A stretch of 64,000 nucleotides of DNA from the NCBI GenBank assembly GCA_964234715.1, contig OZ174289.1; one strand, written 5' to 3'. The stretch comes from Podarcis melisellensis. Taxonomy: Eukaryota. Below, piece after piece: positions 36,630-48,148 of this stretch. The notes beneath the pieces were generated by a model. The model made no database searches. It saw only the letters and a list, made by a program, of their open reading frames with translations, and was not told the origin of the DNA. Both the position numbers and the translations under genes were made by a program. Every line of letters starts with the position of its first letter. Within the stretch, counting starts at the first letter, position 1.

Positions 36630-37000
36630 TAGGTTCTCTGGGCATTTTGCCAAATCAGTCACAGTGTACCTGCCACTTATGTGAGGTCCACATGCAAAGG
36701 CAAAACCTTGCAAAGTCAGGAGCCCCTGAGACCACCACTTCTGGTTGCAAGGGGGACCCTGAGACCCTGGGGCCTTCCCAGACCTTCCCAGACCCTGGTA
36801 AGCAAGAAGGTGCCTTCCTTACTGGCCTCTAGGAGGATTCTAGTGCTGTCACGCCTCCTTCCAAAAGTCTGTTAAAGAAGGTGCTGCCATGCTTACCTGG
36901 CCTTGGGAAGCTGACACAATGGCTCTGGGACACTGTCAGAACTCTGGCTCTCTTCCCAAAGTCTGGTAAGTGAGGAAAACCTGTGCAGGTGGGGTATAAA
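36630..37000. repeat. Short diverged relative of the 860-2570 array
   Basis: Ends CCCAAAGTCTGGTAAGTGAGGAAAACC, compared with CCCAAAGCCTGGTAAGTGAGGCAAACC at about 2518-2544. Confidence 0.55.
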
Positions 37001-37074
37001 GTAATAAATGGAGAGCAGGGAGTGGTGGGTTTCCTGGCTTTCCATCAGAAATTCAGCAGGCACTTCACTTTAAA

Positions 37075-37860
37075 TAATTTTATTAATTGTTATTCTATGT
37101 TATATATATTGAATACAGGAAAAAGCATACATTCAATTAAAGTTCCCCCCTGTCCGCACTGTAACAACCCCAACTACATCCAGTTGTATTAGTATTAAAT
37201 AAAATATAACCTTACTTCAATAGCTGATGACTTTAAAAAGTGTTGTTTCACAGGTTTCCTTGTGTTTTGTGTAGTTTGTAGATGAAGTGAAAGTAGAACA
37301 CGTCTTTGCAGATGATTGTGTTGTCTTCTTTTCTTGTACTTTTCTGTCAACTTTTCCATCAAAATTAAATCCCAAACATAAGCGTATCAGACTTCATATA
37401 TGTTCAGTGTCCTCCAGCACCTAGCAAGAGCAAAACGTGCTGCAGTTACAAGATGCAGAATTAAGTCTCTGTTCCTAAGTTCTTGTGCTTCATCTGCAAA
37501 TATTGAAAGTACAGTGGTACCTCGGGTTAAGTACTTAATTTGTTCTGGAGGTCCGTCCGTACTTAACCCGAAACTGTTCTTAACCTGGAGCACCACTTTA
37601 GCTAATGGGGCCTCCTGCTGCTGCCGCGCCGCCGGAGCACGATTTCTGTTCTCATCCTGAAGCAAAGTTCTTAACCTGAAGCACTATTTCTGGGTTAGCG
37701 GAGTCTGTAACCTGAAGTGTATGTAACCTGAGGTACCACTGTAGTGCCATTTTGGGATTTTTTTTTAAAATTGTTTTACAGGTGATTTTTTAAATGTGTT
37801 TTTTGTGTGTGTGTTTGTGTGTGTCTTGTACACCAATGTGATATGTGTTTTAATATTGTA
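37075..37860 (-). mobile_element. L1-clade ORF2 C-terminus and 3' UTR fragment
   Basis: Minus-strand LILHLVTAARFALARCWR, similar to the L1 C-terminus at about 9800-9975. Confidence 0.6.
37512..37741. mobile_element. Tc1/mariner-superfamily MITE (opposite orientation to 10983)
   Basis: CAGTGGTACCTC...GAGGTACCACTG with TA TSD. Confidence 0.9.
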
Positions 37861-40800
37861 ACATGCCCGGGGTTCTTAGGATGAAGGGCAGATTATTAAT
37901 ACAGCAATGATAGTATTGTGGCTACCCAGCCATGTAGCATTAGCTACCCAGCCCTGCTGCCGTCGTGACCCTACTCCATCCCGCTTCCTCTGAGGCTGGG
38001 AGAGGAACACCAGGCCAAGCACTGTGGGAGCCCCTGCCAGGGTGCCTGCTTCACGTCCCCTCAAAAATCCATGCCCGGGCTCACGGTCCCGCTAGCAGAA
38101 CCCATGCTATCCCCCTGGGTCTCCCCATAGGCTTCTGGTTGGCCACTGTGAGAACGTGAGAACATGGAAACTGTTTTCATGGACACCCCACTTCCATCTT
38201 GATTCCCTAGAGCCTAGACCAAACCACAAAGCTCTGTCAGTTGCTCCATGACACTGCTTAGACATTGATTTGATCCCTGCATTGCAGGGTGTTGGGCTAG
38301 ATTACCTTTCAGGTCCTGTGCTATGACTCCATGCCCATTTTAAATTATTGTGTCAACTGTATGGCTTCTGACAGCCCTTGCAAGGCTGCCTCAGAACTTG
38401 TACAAGGTCCTAAAATCTCCTTGCGTTTTATCCCCTCTTTTCCGTAATCCAGGGCCTGCTATTTTCATCCTGCTTGGGCCTTCACCTTTCTTTGGCGGTG
38501 GACATCACCATGACTCTAAACAGAAGCCTCTAGTTAACCGCAGTTTCCAAACAGGGAAACTATAGCTACCATATTTGGAACAAGGCAGGATCTTCAAACA
38601 TCTTCAAGCCATGGTTCTGCCTTGCTTCAGCCATCACCAAGTCATAGTGCCTTATTCTGAAGTTGCTGGCTATAGTTTCCTTTTTCTGAAAAATGGGGAA
38701 CAAAGATGAATCAGAGGTTTGTGGTCTGCATGTTCATGCTGCAAAAGAGAGAAGAAAGGGGGCTGTATGCATGGACAAAAAAAGCTATTGTCCTATCTCA
38801 GCTTGAGAAGCCAGCATATAATTGCCCAAATGCATTTATTGTCTCACACATATGATGCATTTTCTCATAAATCACACCTAATTTCTAATCAGTTTAAGCT
38901 TATTGGTTGTGTTTCTTTTTTAAAAAATTTACTTTCCATTTTGTGAGTCACTCTTTCCTTTAAGCTGTTCTCAGTAGGTTTGAAATGAAGAAGCTGTTTC
39001 ACCCCCTCCCAACTGCCACATCCAGTCACTAATTGCCACAGTGTACCTTGTTTAGTTGTGATTTCCCTGGAGTGCCTTGTTGTGAGGGAACATGGACACA
39101 GTGTGTTAAAATCATGTCATTTACACTGGAAGCCCTCAGAGATAAAATGGTGTTGTTGGCATTACGTGACGTACATAAAGTACAAGCCACCAGCTTTGCA
39201 AGAGTGAGAAGGCTCAAAGCAAGAGGGGGGGAAATGCATTCTAATTGGCATTTCTGCCCAAACTGGATTTGCAGGTAAGTTTATCAGACCAGGGATACTT
39301 CTGAATCCCTTCACACTTGGATTACTTGTTCTAAAGGTGTAACTGATCCATGGGGATAGATGGCTCAGTCTTGATGTACTTTATGCCCCTTTGCCTATGC
39401 CTGCATGTCCGTTGATTCCCATTTCCACGTGGACTACCTGTCTTGAAAAAACCCCACACCATTTAACCTCCCCACCCCAAGATATGGATAAAGCATGTAC
39501 CTCATTAAAACTCACTGCTTATCATTCAGAACCTTTCGATTTCGAATCCAAAGAATGTGGTCATAGTCATGAGCACTGTCTTGGATGACTTTAAAACAGG
39601 ATATAACCATCTTTAAATACATGGCTTTAAGAAGTGGGTCTAGTGCTCTGCCCCATTTGTCTCACATGTGGGCTGAATGACAAGTTGATGGGGTGATTCA
39701 GAGTCTCCCACAATCCTGCACTGAAGCACAGTGTCAATACCCACCCATCGCAAATTGGATCGAGGCCCCACAAAGTTTTGTGTCAGCTCTTACTGTTTTC
39801 CAATACAGTAAACCCATAATTTATGTGGGGATTATGTTTCTGGGATCAGGCCTAAAGCCAGTATCACATATGGTCAAAACACATTGGGTTCAATAGTGGG
39901 TGGGATTGCCAAAGTCTTTTTTTCCAGATGCCCGCCCCCTTCCATCCCCCAATTTAAATGCACATAAGTTGTGGGCTTACCATTTATCTCTATTTCTCTC
40001 TATGAGCTTTGCAAGGAGTGAAGCTGTGCAAAAAGTTGCTTGCAGAGCACTGAAGAGCTCTATAATAATAAAAAACCCAAACATGCCATGTTGGTTTGCC
40101 AAAACAAAGCCAATAAAACTATTCAGAATTCTGCAGGCAGCATTCTAGACGGCCTCATACTACAAAGCTATCAGAGGCCTATATATATATATAAATAAAA
40201 ATATGCAAGTAATAATAAACTTCATTCAACCATTTAATTATTTTAAGGTAATAAAGACACACCTATTCTCTCCTTTATTATGGAAGAAAGTATATCCCTT
40301 TTATTTTTACCACAAAAAGCCCCTGAAGCTATTTGTCTGCAATTTGGCAGGGCTCAATTCACTCTGCAAGGGCTCATATACCCATAGATTTCATCCTCTT
40401 TGGTGAAAAAGGCAGGAAAGTCATAGCCATTTTTATATTCTCCATTACAGTAACTGGGAAAACTCAGGTATTCACTGTACAAAGAGCTCAGAAGCTGAAA
40501 CACAGCACAGAGAGACCCAAACAGATAAAATTGTGTGTGTTTTCAACCCCACACAGATATGAGTCAAGTCATGGGGGCTGTGAACACCCCTACTATCTAA
40601 TGAGAGGCAGAATATATCTAAATCCCAGGCACTATGGAATCCCAGAGGGCTATTGCACTCATGTCCTGCTTATGGGCTTCCGATAAGCTTATGGTTGAAT
40701 ATTATGGGGGAAAGGATTCTACACTAGGTTGGCATTTGATGGGATCCAACAGGGCTCTTCATATGACCTTATGAATATGCATGCATTTTGCAGGACATCC

Positions 40801-42476
40801 ATTTGAGAACCTGCATGCTCTGGTGCCATTTCTGTGACCCTTGGAAGAACTTTATCAGCTTTACAAAGTAGTGAGGGCCATGCAGCCTACCAGCACTTTA
40901 GATTGCACCCCTGCAGGGGAATTAATCCAGGGCCCCAGAAGCATCAATGCTGCAAAGCTATTTTGGAACACATGCTACTTTCGTTCACTTATACAGGCTA
41001 TTTTGAACCAGAGTAAAGGAGGACAGGTCAGGAGACCAGTAGCTATTGCTTTTTGTATCTTGCCCCTTTGAGCTACCACTGCTGTAGTTTCTTTGGATCT
41101 TTTGTCAGCCTTGTCATGACCCCACTCAGCTAGCCAGACACGGACTACAGGGAGGAGAAGAGGCACTGAGCCTGCTCTCTGGTACAGAGTGGTGAGACCC
41201 GGGATGAGCTAATCAATGCAGATTCATAAACAGCTTGCCCATTTGAACCTGCAGCCTTATCCCAATATGAATTGTCTAGATCAGCGGTAGCCAATATGAT
41301 CTCATACCACCTGTCCTGGCCACCACAGACAATGGCAAAATTTAAGATTGCAAAGAGAAAAATAACTAATTGGCCACTTGCTAATTGTAGCTACGTTGAC
41401 CTTCACGTGTTTTTGGAAATGCATGAATAAAGCCATGTGGAAATTTGCCACGAGAAAGTCTTAGTTTCTGGCCATGTCAGAAAAGCTAAATCAAAAACTG
41501 TTTAACACAGGAGGATATCAATAAAAGAACCTTTTATGCAGTCTGGTTTGACTTTATTAAATAAACAAACGAGGGAACAGCATCTGCAAAGACACAAACA
41601 AGGTATGCGAGTTTATGGAGCTCTTAATAGCTAAAAGACTTGACATCAGAGCTCAGTCACCAATATCTTGCGAACTCTGCTACACACTGTGGACTTTGTG
41701 AAAAGAGAAAGAACAGAATCATAGACTTGTAGAATTGGAAAGTGTCTAGACCACCTAGTTCAACCCCCTGAAACCATATTGGACCCTGCTTAGCTTTGTA
41801 AATGTGTTTGCAGTTTCATTGCTGCACCAATAATCAGACTGATCAGTGGCTTTTCTTTTATGTTTTTACTTACCTCTGAAATCCGGGGGGGGGGGGGTAT
41901 CTCACGTGTTTGTTATATTTTATTTGTAGTCTTGTCTTCTACAAAATTATATATTTATAAATTATGCACATCATCGCACCCGCCTGCCCGCACACACATA
42001 TATATTAAATTAAAGGGACAGTAATCAGGGATAATGGGAGTTATAGTTCAGCTACATCTGGAATGTGCCACATGGGCTGCCCACCTAGGTTAGCATGAAA
42101 GAGGTTTCACCAGACAGAAACCTCAGAACTACCAATCTGCCGTAGCAGGTACTGGAGGCCTCTGAAGGACTGCCCCACCTAGTCCAAATTGTTAGAGTCA
42201 CAGAGTCCAGTTGCTAGTGATGTCAGAGGGCCTTTCAAGATGTATTTCAAGATGTATTCAGCAACATGGGTTTTATAGTACTTAGGCTGCAGAAACAATT
42301 ATTGCAGATTGCACACCTAAAATACAGAAAAGTCTGGAGAACCATCTGGTGAGAACCAACATTCAATTTTAGGAGCTGTTTGGCCACAGTGCCACTACCC
42401 TTGATGTTGACTGACTTTTTTTCTTTTCATGACTGGTGGAAACTAACAACTTTTCAGTGCATTGTTTCATTTACAC

Positions 42477-42612
42477 CAGACATAGGCAAACTCAGCCCTC
42501 CAGATGTTCTGGGACTACAATTCCCATCATCCCTGACCACTGGTCCTTTTAGCTGGGGATCATGGGAGTTGTAGTCCCAAAACATCTGGAGAGCCGAGTT
42601 TGCCTATGCCTG
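42477..42612. mobile_element. Intact 136-bp palindromic hAT-type MITE
   Basis: TIRs CAGACATAGGCAAACTC / GAGTTTGCCTATGCCTG. Perfect 8-bp TSD ATTTACAC at 42469-42476 and 42613-42620. Confidence 0.93.
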
Positions 42613-42643
42613 ATTTACACGTTCAATGGATCAACACAAGGTG

Positions 42644-42646
<3 letters not shown>

Positions 42647-42699
<53 letters not shown>
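42647..42699. repeat. (CT)n(GT)n microsatellite
   Basis: Seen directly. Confidence 0.95.
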
Positions 42700-42700
<1 letters not shown>

Positions 42701-42871
42701 TTGCGCACACACTTTCAAAAAGATGAGTTTTTGCTAACATTGATCGGGCAGATGAAAGAGTGGAAGATGAAAGGAGGTGCTTATTGGCAAAATGATGGCA
42801 AATCAGCTCAGCAGGGCATGGAAATAACAACATTTCCATAGTCTGTATTATACATGCCAACCAAGCGTGTA

Positions 42872-43291
42872 CAGTGGTACCTCGGTTTACAAACTTAATC
42901 CGTTCTGGATGTCCGTTCTTAAACCAAAGCTGCTCTTAAACTGAGGCGAGCTTTCCTTAATGAGGCCTCCCTCTCCCGGTGCCCTTCCACCATTTGGCTC
43001 CCATTTGTAGAATGAGGTAAAGTTTGCAAACCGGGACACTACAGTCATACCCTGGGTTACACACACTTCAGGTTACGTTTTTTCAGGTTACGGACCTCCA
43101 AAACCTGGAAGTACAGGAACGGGTTACTTCCAGGTTTCGGTGGTTGCGCATGCGCAGAAGTGCCGAATCGCAACCTGTGTGTGTGCACGGATCATGTTCA
43201 CAACCCCAGCGTCCACTGTACTTCCAGTTTTGTGGAGTTCATAAACTGAATAGTTCATAAACAGGGCTGTTCCTAAACCGAGGTACCACTG
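42872..43291. mobile_element. Tc1/mariner-superfamily MITE containing a nested related MITE (43042-43218)
   Basis: Outer TIRs CAGTGGTACCTCGGTTTA / TAAACCGAGGTACCACTG with TA. Inner element reads TA-CAGTCATACC...GTCCACTG-TA. Confidence 0.85.
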
Positions 43292-43734
43292 TACTGGGAG
43301 GCAGCCTGAGTGTAGGATTCTGAAATCAATTTATGTACAGTATGTAAGGAAGGAGACCTTGCAGAAGCTTGCTGCATGGATTCCTTAAAGTCTATTGTTC
43401 ACAGACTTTTATGAAACATTTTAAGAGATTGTTCCCTTACTCTTTTTTGCCTTGTGCTTTTCGCCTTGTACTTTGGCAGAGAACTCACATCCTAGTACTG
43501 AATGCAAGCCAGTGAGTTGCATCATGTAGCTGCAACTGCTATTCCTTCTGATGTTGAGGGAACATCCTTGCTGGATGCCTTGCATAATACATCAGTGGGC
43601 ATAGGGGATGTCCTTTCATGTATCTGCATCTTGAGAACAAAGGGGGGGCAACAGGTGGGAAAGGATGATCCGAGTAAGACTCTTTAAAGTGGAGACTGGG
43701 GGTGTGGGCTGCCTACCAGAATTAAAGGGATCAA

Positions 43735-43888
43735 TGGAAGCTTTCTGATGCTGACCATTGATTGACCCAGTATTGTCCACCCTGACTGGCAGTGGCTCTC
43801 CAGGGTTTCAGGCAAGGGACATTCCCAGCCCAGACTAGAAATGCTGGAGATTGAAACTGGAAACTTCTTCATGCAAAGCATATGCTCT
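43735..43888 (-). mobile_element. Squam3-type SINE
   Basis: Reverse complement of TTTGCATGAAGAAG...CTGAAACCCTGGAGAGCCACTGCCAGTCAG...AATACTG. Confidence 0.75.
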
Positions 43889-44255
43889 GTGAATTCTTCT
43901 TCTTCTTCAAAACACAGAGAAATGCCTCTTACAAGTCAGCATAGTTCAAGCCATTACTGGTAATAGATAAAGGTCAACGCCAAAATTTAAAAAGGTTCAA
44001 AACGATATAGCAAATCACATTTGCAAACACACATAATGAAATGCATGCTGGAGATCAAAGAATTAAATAAGAAATAAGAACAGGAAGCAATGAAAGAAAC
44101 AAAGAAAGTATATCTGAATTTATTATTAAATCAGGGCATCAGCACAACAATTTATAGCTGTCAACAAAAGCACTTTTCTACACAACCTCACAGCAGTCAC
44201 TTCAAAAAGACATCCCATAAGTCACTCAAATATGTTAGTGTGTTTCAAGAGATTA

Positions 44256-44515
44256 CAGTCATACCTCAAGATAAATACGCTTCAGGTTGAGCGCTTTCGG
44301 GTTGCACTCCATGGTGACCCAGAAGTAACGGAGTGTGTTACTTCTGGGTTTTGCCGTTTGTGCATGCGCAGATGGTCAAAATGATGTCACGCGCATGCGC
44401 AGAAGCAGCGAAACACGACCCGTGCACATGCAGACACACTGTCACATCTTACATTCTGTTCAGGATGCGAACAGGGCTCCGGAACAGATCCCGTTCGCAT
44501 CCCAAGGTACCACTG
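44256..44515. mobile_element. Tc1/mariner-superfamily MITE variant
   Basis: TA-CAGTCATACCTC ... AAGGTACCACTG-TA; CpG-rich interior with GCGCATGCGC. Confidence 0.85.
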
Positions 44516-44687
44516 TACACATATTTTCTATTGTGGTTTTTGAGAGAGGGAGAGAGAGAATCTGAAAACGCTAGAACTTGTGGACACCCAATGAATTTGA
44601 ATGTACAAAGTGTCAGGACAGACAAAATGAAGTACTTCTTCATACTTCATTTCATAGTTACACTATTGAAATCACAAACCCCAAAAC

Positions 44688-44950
44688 TTGGATGCCTTTA
44701 AAAGAGGGTTAGGGAAATTCAGAGGGGCCAAGGTGAGCAAGGGTTATTTGCCTTGGTGCCTGTTTCCTGTATCCACTATGAGAAGCAATATGCTCCTGAA
44801 TACCAGTTGTTGTGAATCACGACTGGTTCGAGCGTTGCTGTGCTCTGGCCATGATTTGTGGGCTTCCCACCAGGGCAGCTGGTTGGTGACTCTGAGAACA
44901 GGATGATGGACTTGATGAGCCATTGCCAGATTTGGGAGGTTCTCCTTACA
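44688..44950 (+). mobile_element. CR1-type 3' end / 3' UTR fragment
   Basis: Encodes DAFKRGLGKF, then a 3' UTR shared with copies at about 3120-3330, 35580-35725, 40620-40770 and 51140-51300. Confidence 0.55.
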
Positions 44951-46770
44951 TTGTTGGTCTCACCCCTACCCTAAGAAAATAGAAGTCCACTTGGAGATGA
45001 CTGCCGTTTTCCACCTAACAGTGTTATGGTAGGTCGGAGGCATTGAGAAAGATGCAAAATGGTGGTAACATTGCAAAAAACAAAACAAAACAAAAAACAA
45101 AAACAAAAAACCACTTCACAGAAAGAAATTGCACACTCATGCGCGCGCACACACACAGCCAAGCAGGCTCCCAGAGTGGCTTACATAAAATCAAGACAAG
45201 ACACTCCCTCCCCACAACTTTACAGTCTGAAATCAACCTCAACACACAAGGGGCAAGGAGGGAAGGGGGAAATCAAAATCAAATCTCAGACAACTATTTC
45301 TGGACCTGAGTCTGTATTTAAGAGCTGTCTCAGTGAGCATAAAAGGCATACATTCTGCAAGTTTTCATATACAGGAACTAATTATGTTGATACATGAGTA
45401 CTAATGGTTCCATATATCTGCATGTTATCAGACCAAGCTAGGGCAATGGCGTGAATGCAACCCTCCAGGGCTTCTGAACTCTTCCCCAGCCACGTTCCTT
45501 CTCCTCAAGCCACACTCCTCACTGGCCCTGTTACACACACACAGAATGCTTCTGTCTGTCTGGGGCATGTCCATGAAATCCAATCAATGCTTCTTGTATG
45601 TCAGGATGGAGGATAGAGAAGGGTGTGTGAGTGTGTGTAGAAACCAGCTTCCTGTACAAAAGTAACATTTGCATTTGCTACCCCACACGTTTTGCCTGTG
45701 GTCCTGCCTTCCTCTGGCATGTGGCCTTGGAAGGTCGCCCAGAAGAGAACGTGGCCCTTTGCTTTTGCCATGGCTGAAGAAGGTTCCCCAATCCTGCCCT
45801 TCAGGAAATCTTAGTCTTGTTTGGTACTGTAAGCACGGTTTGGGCATGCAGGGGAATCCCAGATTACGCAGGGGTTCCATTCCCTGCAGCCACACGCATA
45901 CATGGGACACACAAATCTGTTCTGCCCTGTTCTGCTCCTACCCTGCCCCCTTTCTATGCCAAAAATGGCACTCATTTCAGTGGTCGTACACATGCTGATC
46001 ATGCGCTTGTTGGGTGGGTAATTCCAAACTTCTAAGAACAGAAACTTTTTGTATCACTGCAGGGAAATTCTACCTACTGCGTTCTCCCTCAATACAGCAG
46101 TTACTGGAAGGGGGAAAGGCAGAAATTGTACATGTCTTGTTTCCATTCTGATATTTTCTAATCTTTTTCACCCTGTCAGGCCTCTCCAGGGTGTCTCAGG
46201 TGGGTCTCTTCAGTGCTCGATGCTGGAACAGCTTTGTCCCTGGGAAACATTTTTTAAAGATCTCCATGTTGTAAATCTGCTAGCTCACTCCTGGAAGCCG
46301 GGAGGCTCCATAGGGCATAATTTAAGGTTCTAACAAGCCAAGCAGAAGCCATTACTCAATTTTAATTTTAATTCGGCTTTTTCTTTCTCCAAATGGGCGG
46401 CTTGCAGCCTCCTGCTGAAGCAGTTATGTAAAGAATAGGAGTCATTGTGTTTGAAGCTAGGAATTAACTTTTTTTCTCAAGCACAAGGAGTTCTGGCTCT
46501 ACCTATTAAAGTGTTTGCTATTTCTGGAAGCTCTGTTATCCTCCCCTTCTTCACTCACTGTTTCTGAAGACAGGAAGCCACCCACGTGCCTCTATAGAGA
46601 ACCACCCACATGCCTCTCTAAGAAGAGCTCACCCTCAAGAGACTGGCATGGGTCAGACCTTGATGTGACGTGAGAACGATGCTATAAGAACCATGTTGCC
46701 ACACATTTAGGGATGGAGGAGAATCTTGCCCTGTCCACATTTTAAAGAAAGCTTCCCTAATTCACAGTTA

Positions 46771-47017
46771 GGGTAAGGGGCCATCGCTCAGTGGTAGAGC
46801 AACTGTCTTGCATGCAGAAGGTCCTGGGGTTTCTGTAATTGTTACAAGCTGCCCAGGGACCTTACAGAGACCATAAGAAATCAAATGAATAAACAAATCC
46901 CTGGCAGCTCCAGGAAGAGCTGGGAGTGAACCTTTTCTGAGCCACTACCAGTCAATGTAGTCTGTGCTATGCCGGATGGACACATTGGTCTGAATTGGTA
47001 TAATACAGCTTCCTAGG
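46771..47017 (+). mobile_element. Squam3-type SINE with about 63 bp inserted in the B box
   Basis: GGGCCATCGCTCAGTGGTAGAGC...GCATGCAGAAGGTCC, then the insert (about 46833-46895), then AATCCCTGGCAGCTCCAGG...CAGCTTCCTA. Confidence 0.8.
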
Positions 47018-47137
47018 TTGCCAGCCATGTAAATGGATTGAAGTGTAGTTAACAACTGGATTTCAGGTAGCATAGACTTTGAACGAGGGATCAGGTAACC
47101 AGTAAATCATTTGCTTCCCTTCTGTAATTGCTCTTAC

Positions 47138-47447
47138 GTTGCCCCAGCCACTCTGGGCGACTTCCAGGAAAATAGAAAAACACAATAAAAGATCAAACAT
47201 AAAAGAAATTCCTATACAGATGTCTTCTAAAAGTCATATAGTTGTTTATCTATTTGACGTCTGATGGGAGGGCATTCCACAGGGTGAGTACCACTACCAA
47301 GCCTCTCCCCAGTTCTCTGTAACTTCACTTCTTCCAGCGAGGGAACCACCAGAAGGCCATCAGAGCTGGACCTCAGTGTCTGGGCTTGATGATGGAGGTA
47401 GAGACGCTCCTTCAGGTATACAGGGCAAGGGCTGTTTAGGGCTTTAG
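47138..47447 (-). mobile_element. L2 3' fragment
   Basis: Minus-strand KALNSPCPVYLKERL...TLRSSSDGLLVVPS, matching 23465-23770. Confidence 0.85.
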
Positions 47448-47587
47448 GGCAACTCCCATCACCACTGACCACTCTCCATGCTGGCTGTGGCTGATAGGAG
47501 CTGGTCCAAAAACATACGATTCTCCACATCTGTTATGTGGTAAACATTTGTGTGGATCTTTATACAACTAACATTTTCAGTGGATCT

Positions 47588-47680
47588 CCTTCCTTCCTTC
47601 CTTCCTTCCTTCCTTCCTTCCTTCCTTCCTTCCTTCCTTCCTTCCTTCCTTCCTTCCCTCCCTCCCTCCCTCCCTCCCTC
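47588..47680. repeat. (CCTT)n/(CCCT)n microsatellite
   Basis: Seen directly. Confidence 0.95.
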
Positions 47681-48069
47681 CTGGTGGAAGGGCTTTGTGT
47701 CTGGGATCTACCACTGCAATGCCTTGCAAAACCTAATAGTTGCTCTGGTGTTGGGAATCTATTTGCACCTTCAGAATGGTGATTTCAATGGTCCATCTTG
47801 CAAATGACTTGGAGTGATCTTGCCAGTAACGCATCCATGAATTCTTGATGGTGTCTCTTGCTTGGATGGAGGATAGAGAGGAAATAGAGAAAGAAAGAGA
47901 GAGTAGAAACCTCTGACTTTTGCACAGCTGGAGTACCTAGTGTACAAAGGTAACAGTCACATCCATTCTGCCTACTTTTGTTCTTGGTCCACTCACATTT
48001 TGCCTCTGCCCCCTGAATGTTTGCCTGTGATGGATGCAGGCTTTAGACCAAAAAATCTGTTTTTATTTG

Positions 48070-48148
48070 AGTTTGGTGCATGCTAGCTGTAACTAGGTCC
48101 TTTATCTCCTAGTTTGGTGCATGCTAGCTGTAACTAGGTCCTTTATCT
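48070..48148. repeat. Short tandem duplication (38 identical bp, period 41)
   Basis: AGTTTGGTGCATGCTAGCTGTAACTAGGTCCTTTATCT at 48070 and 48111. Confidence 0.9.
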
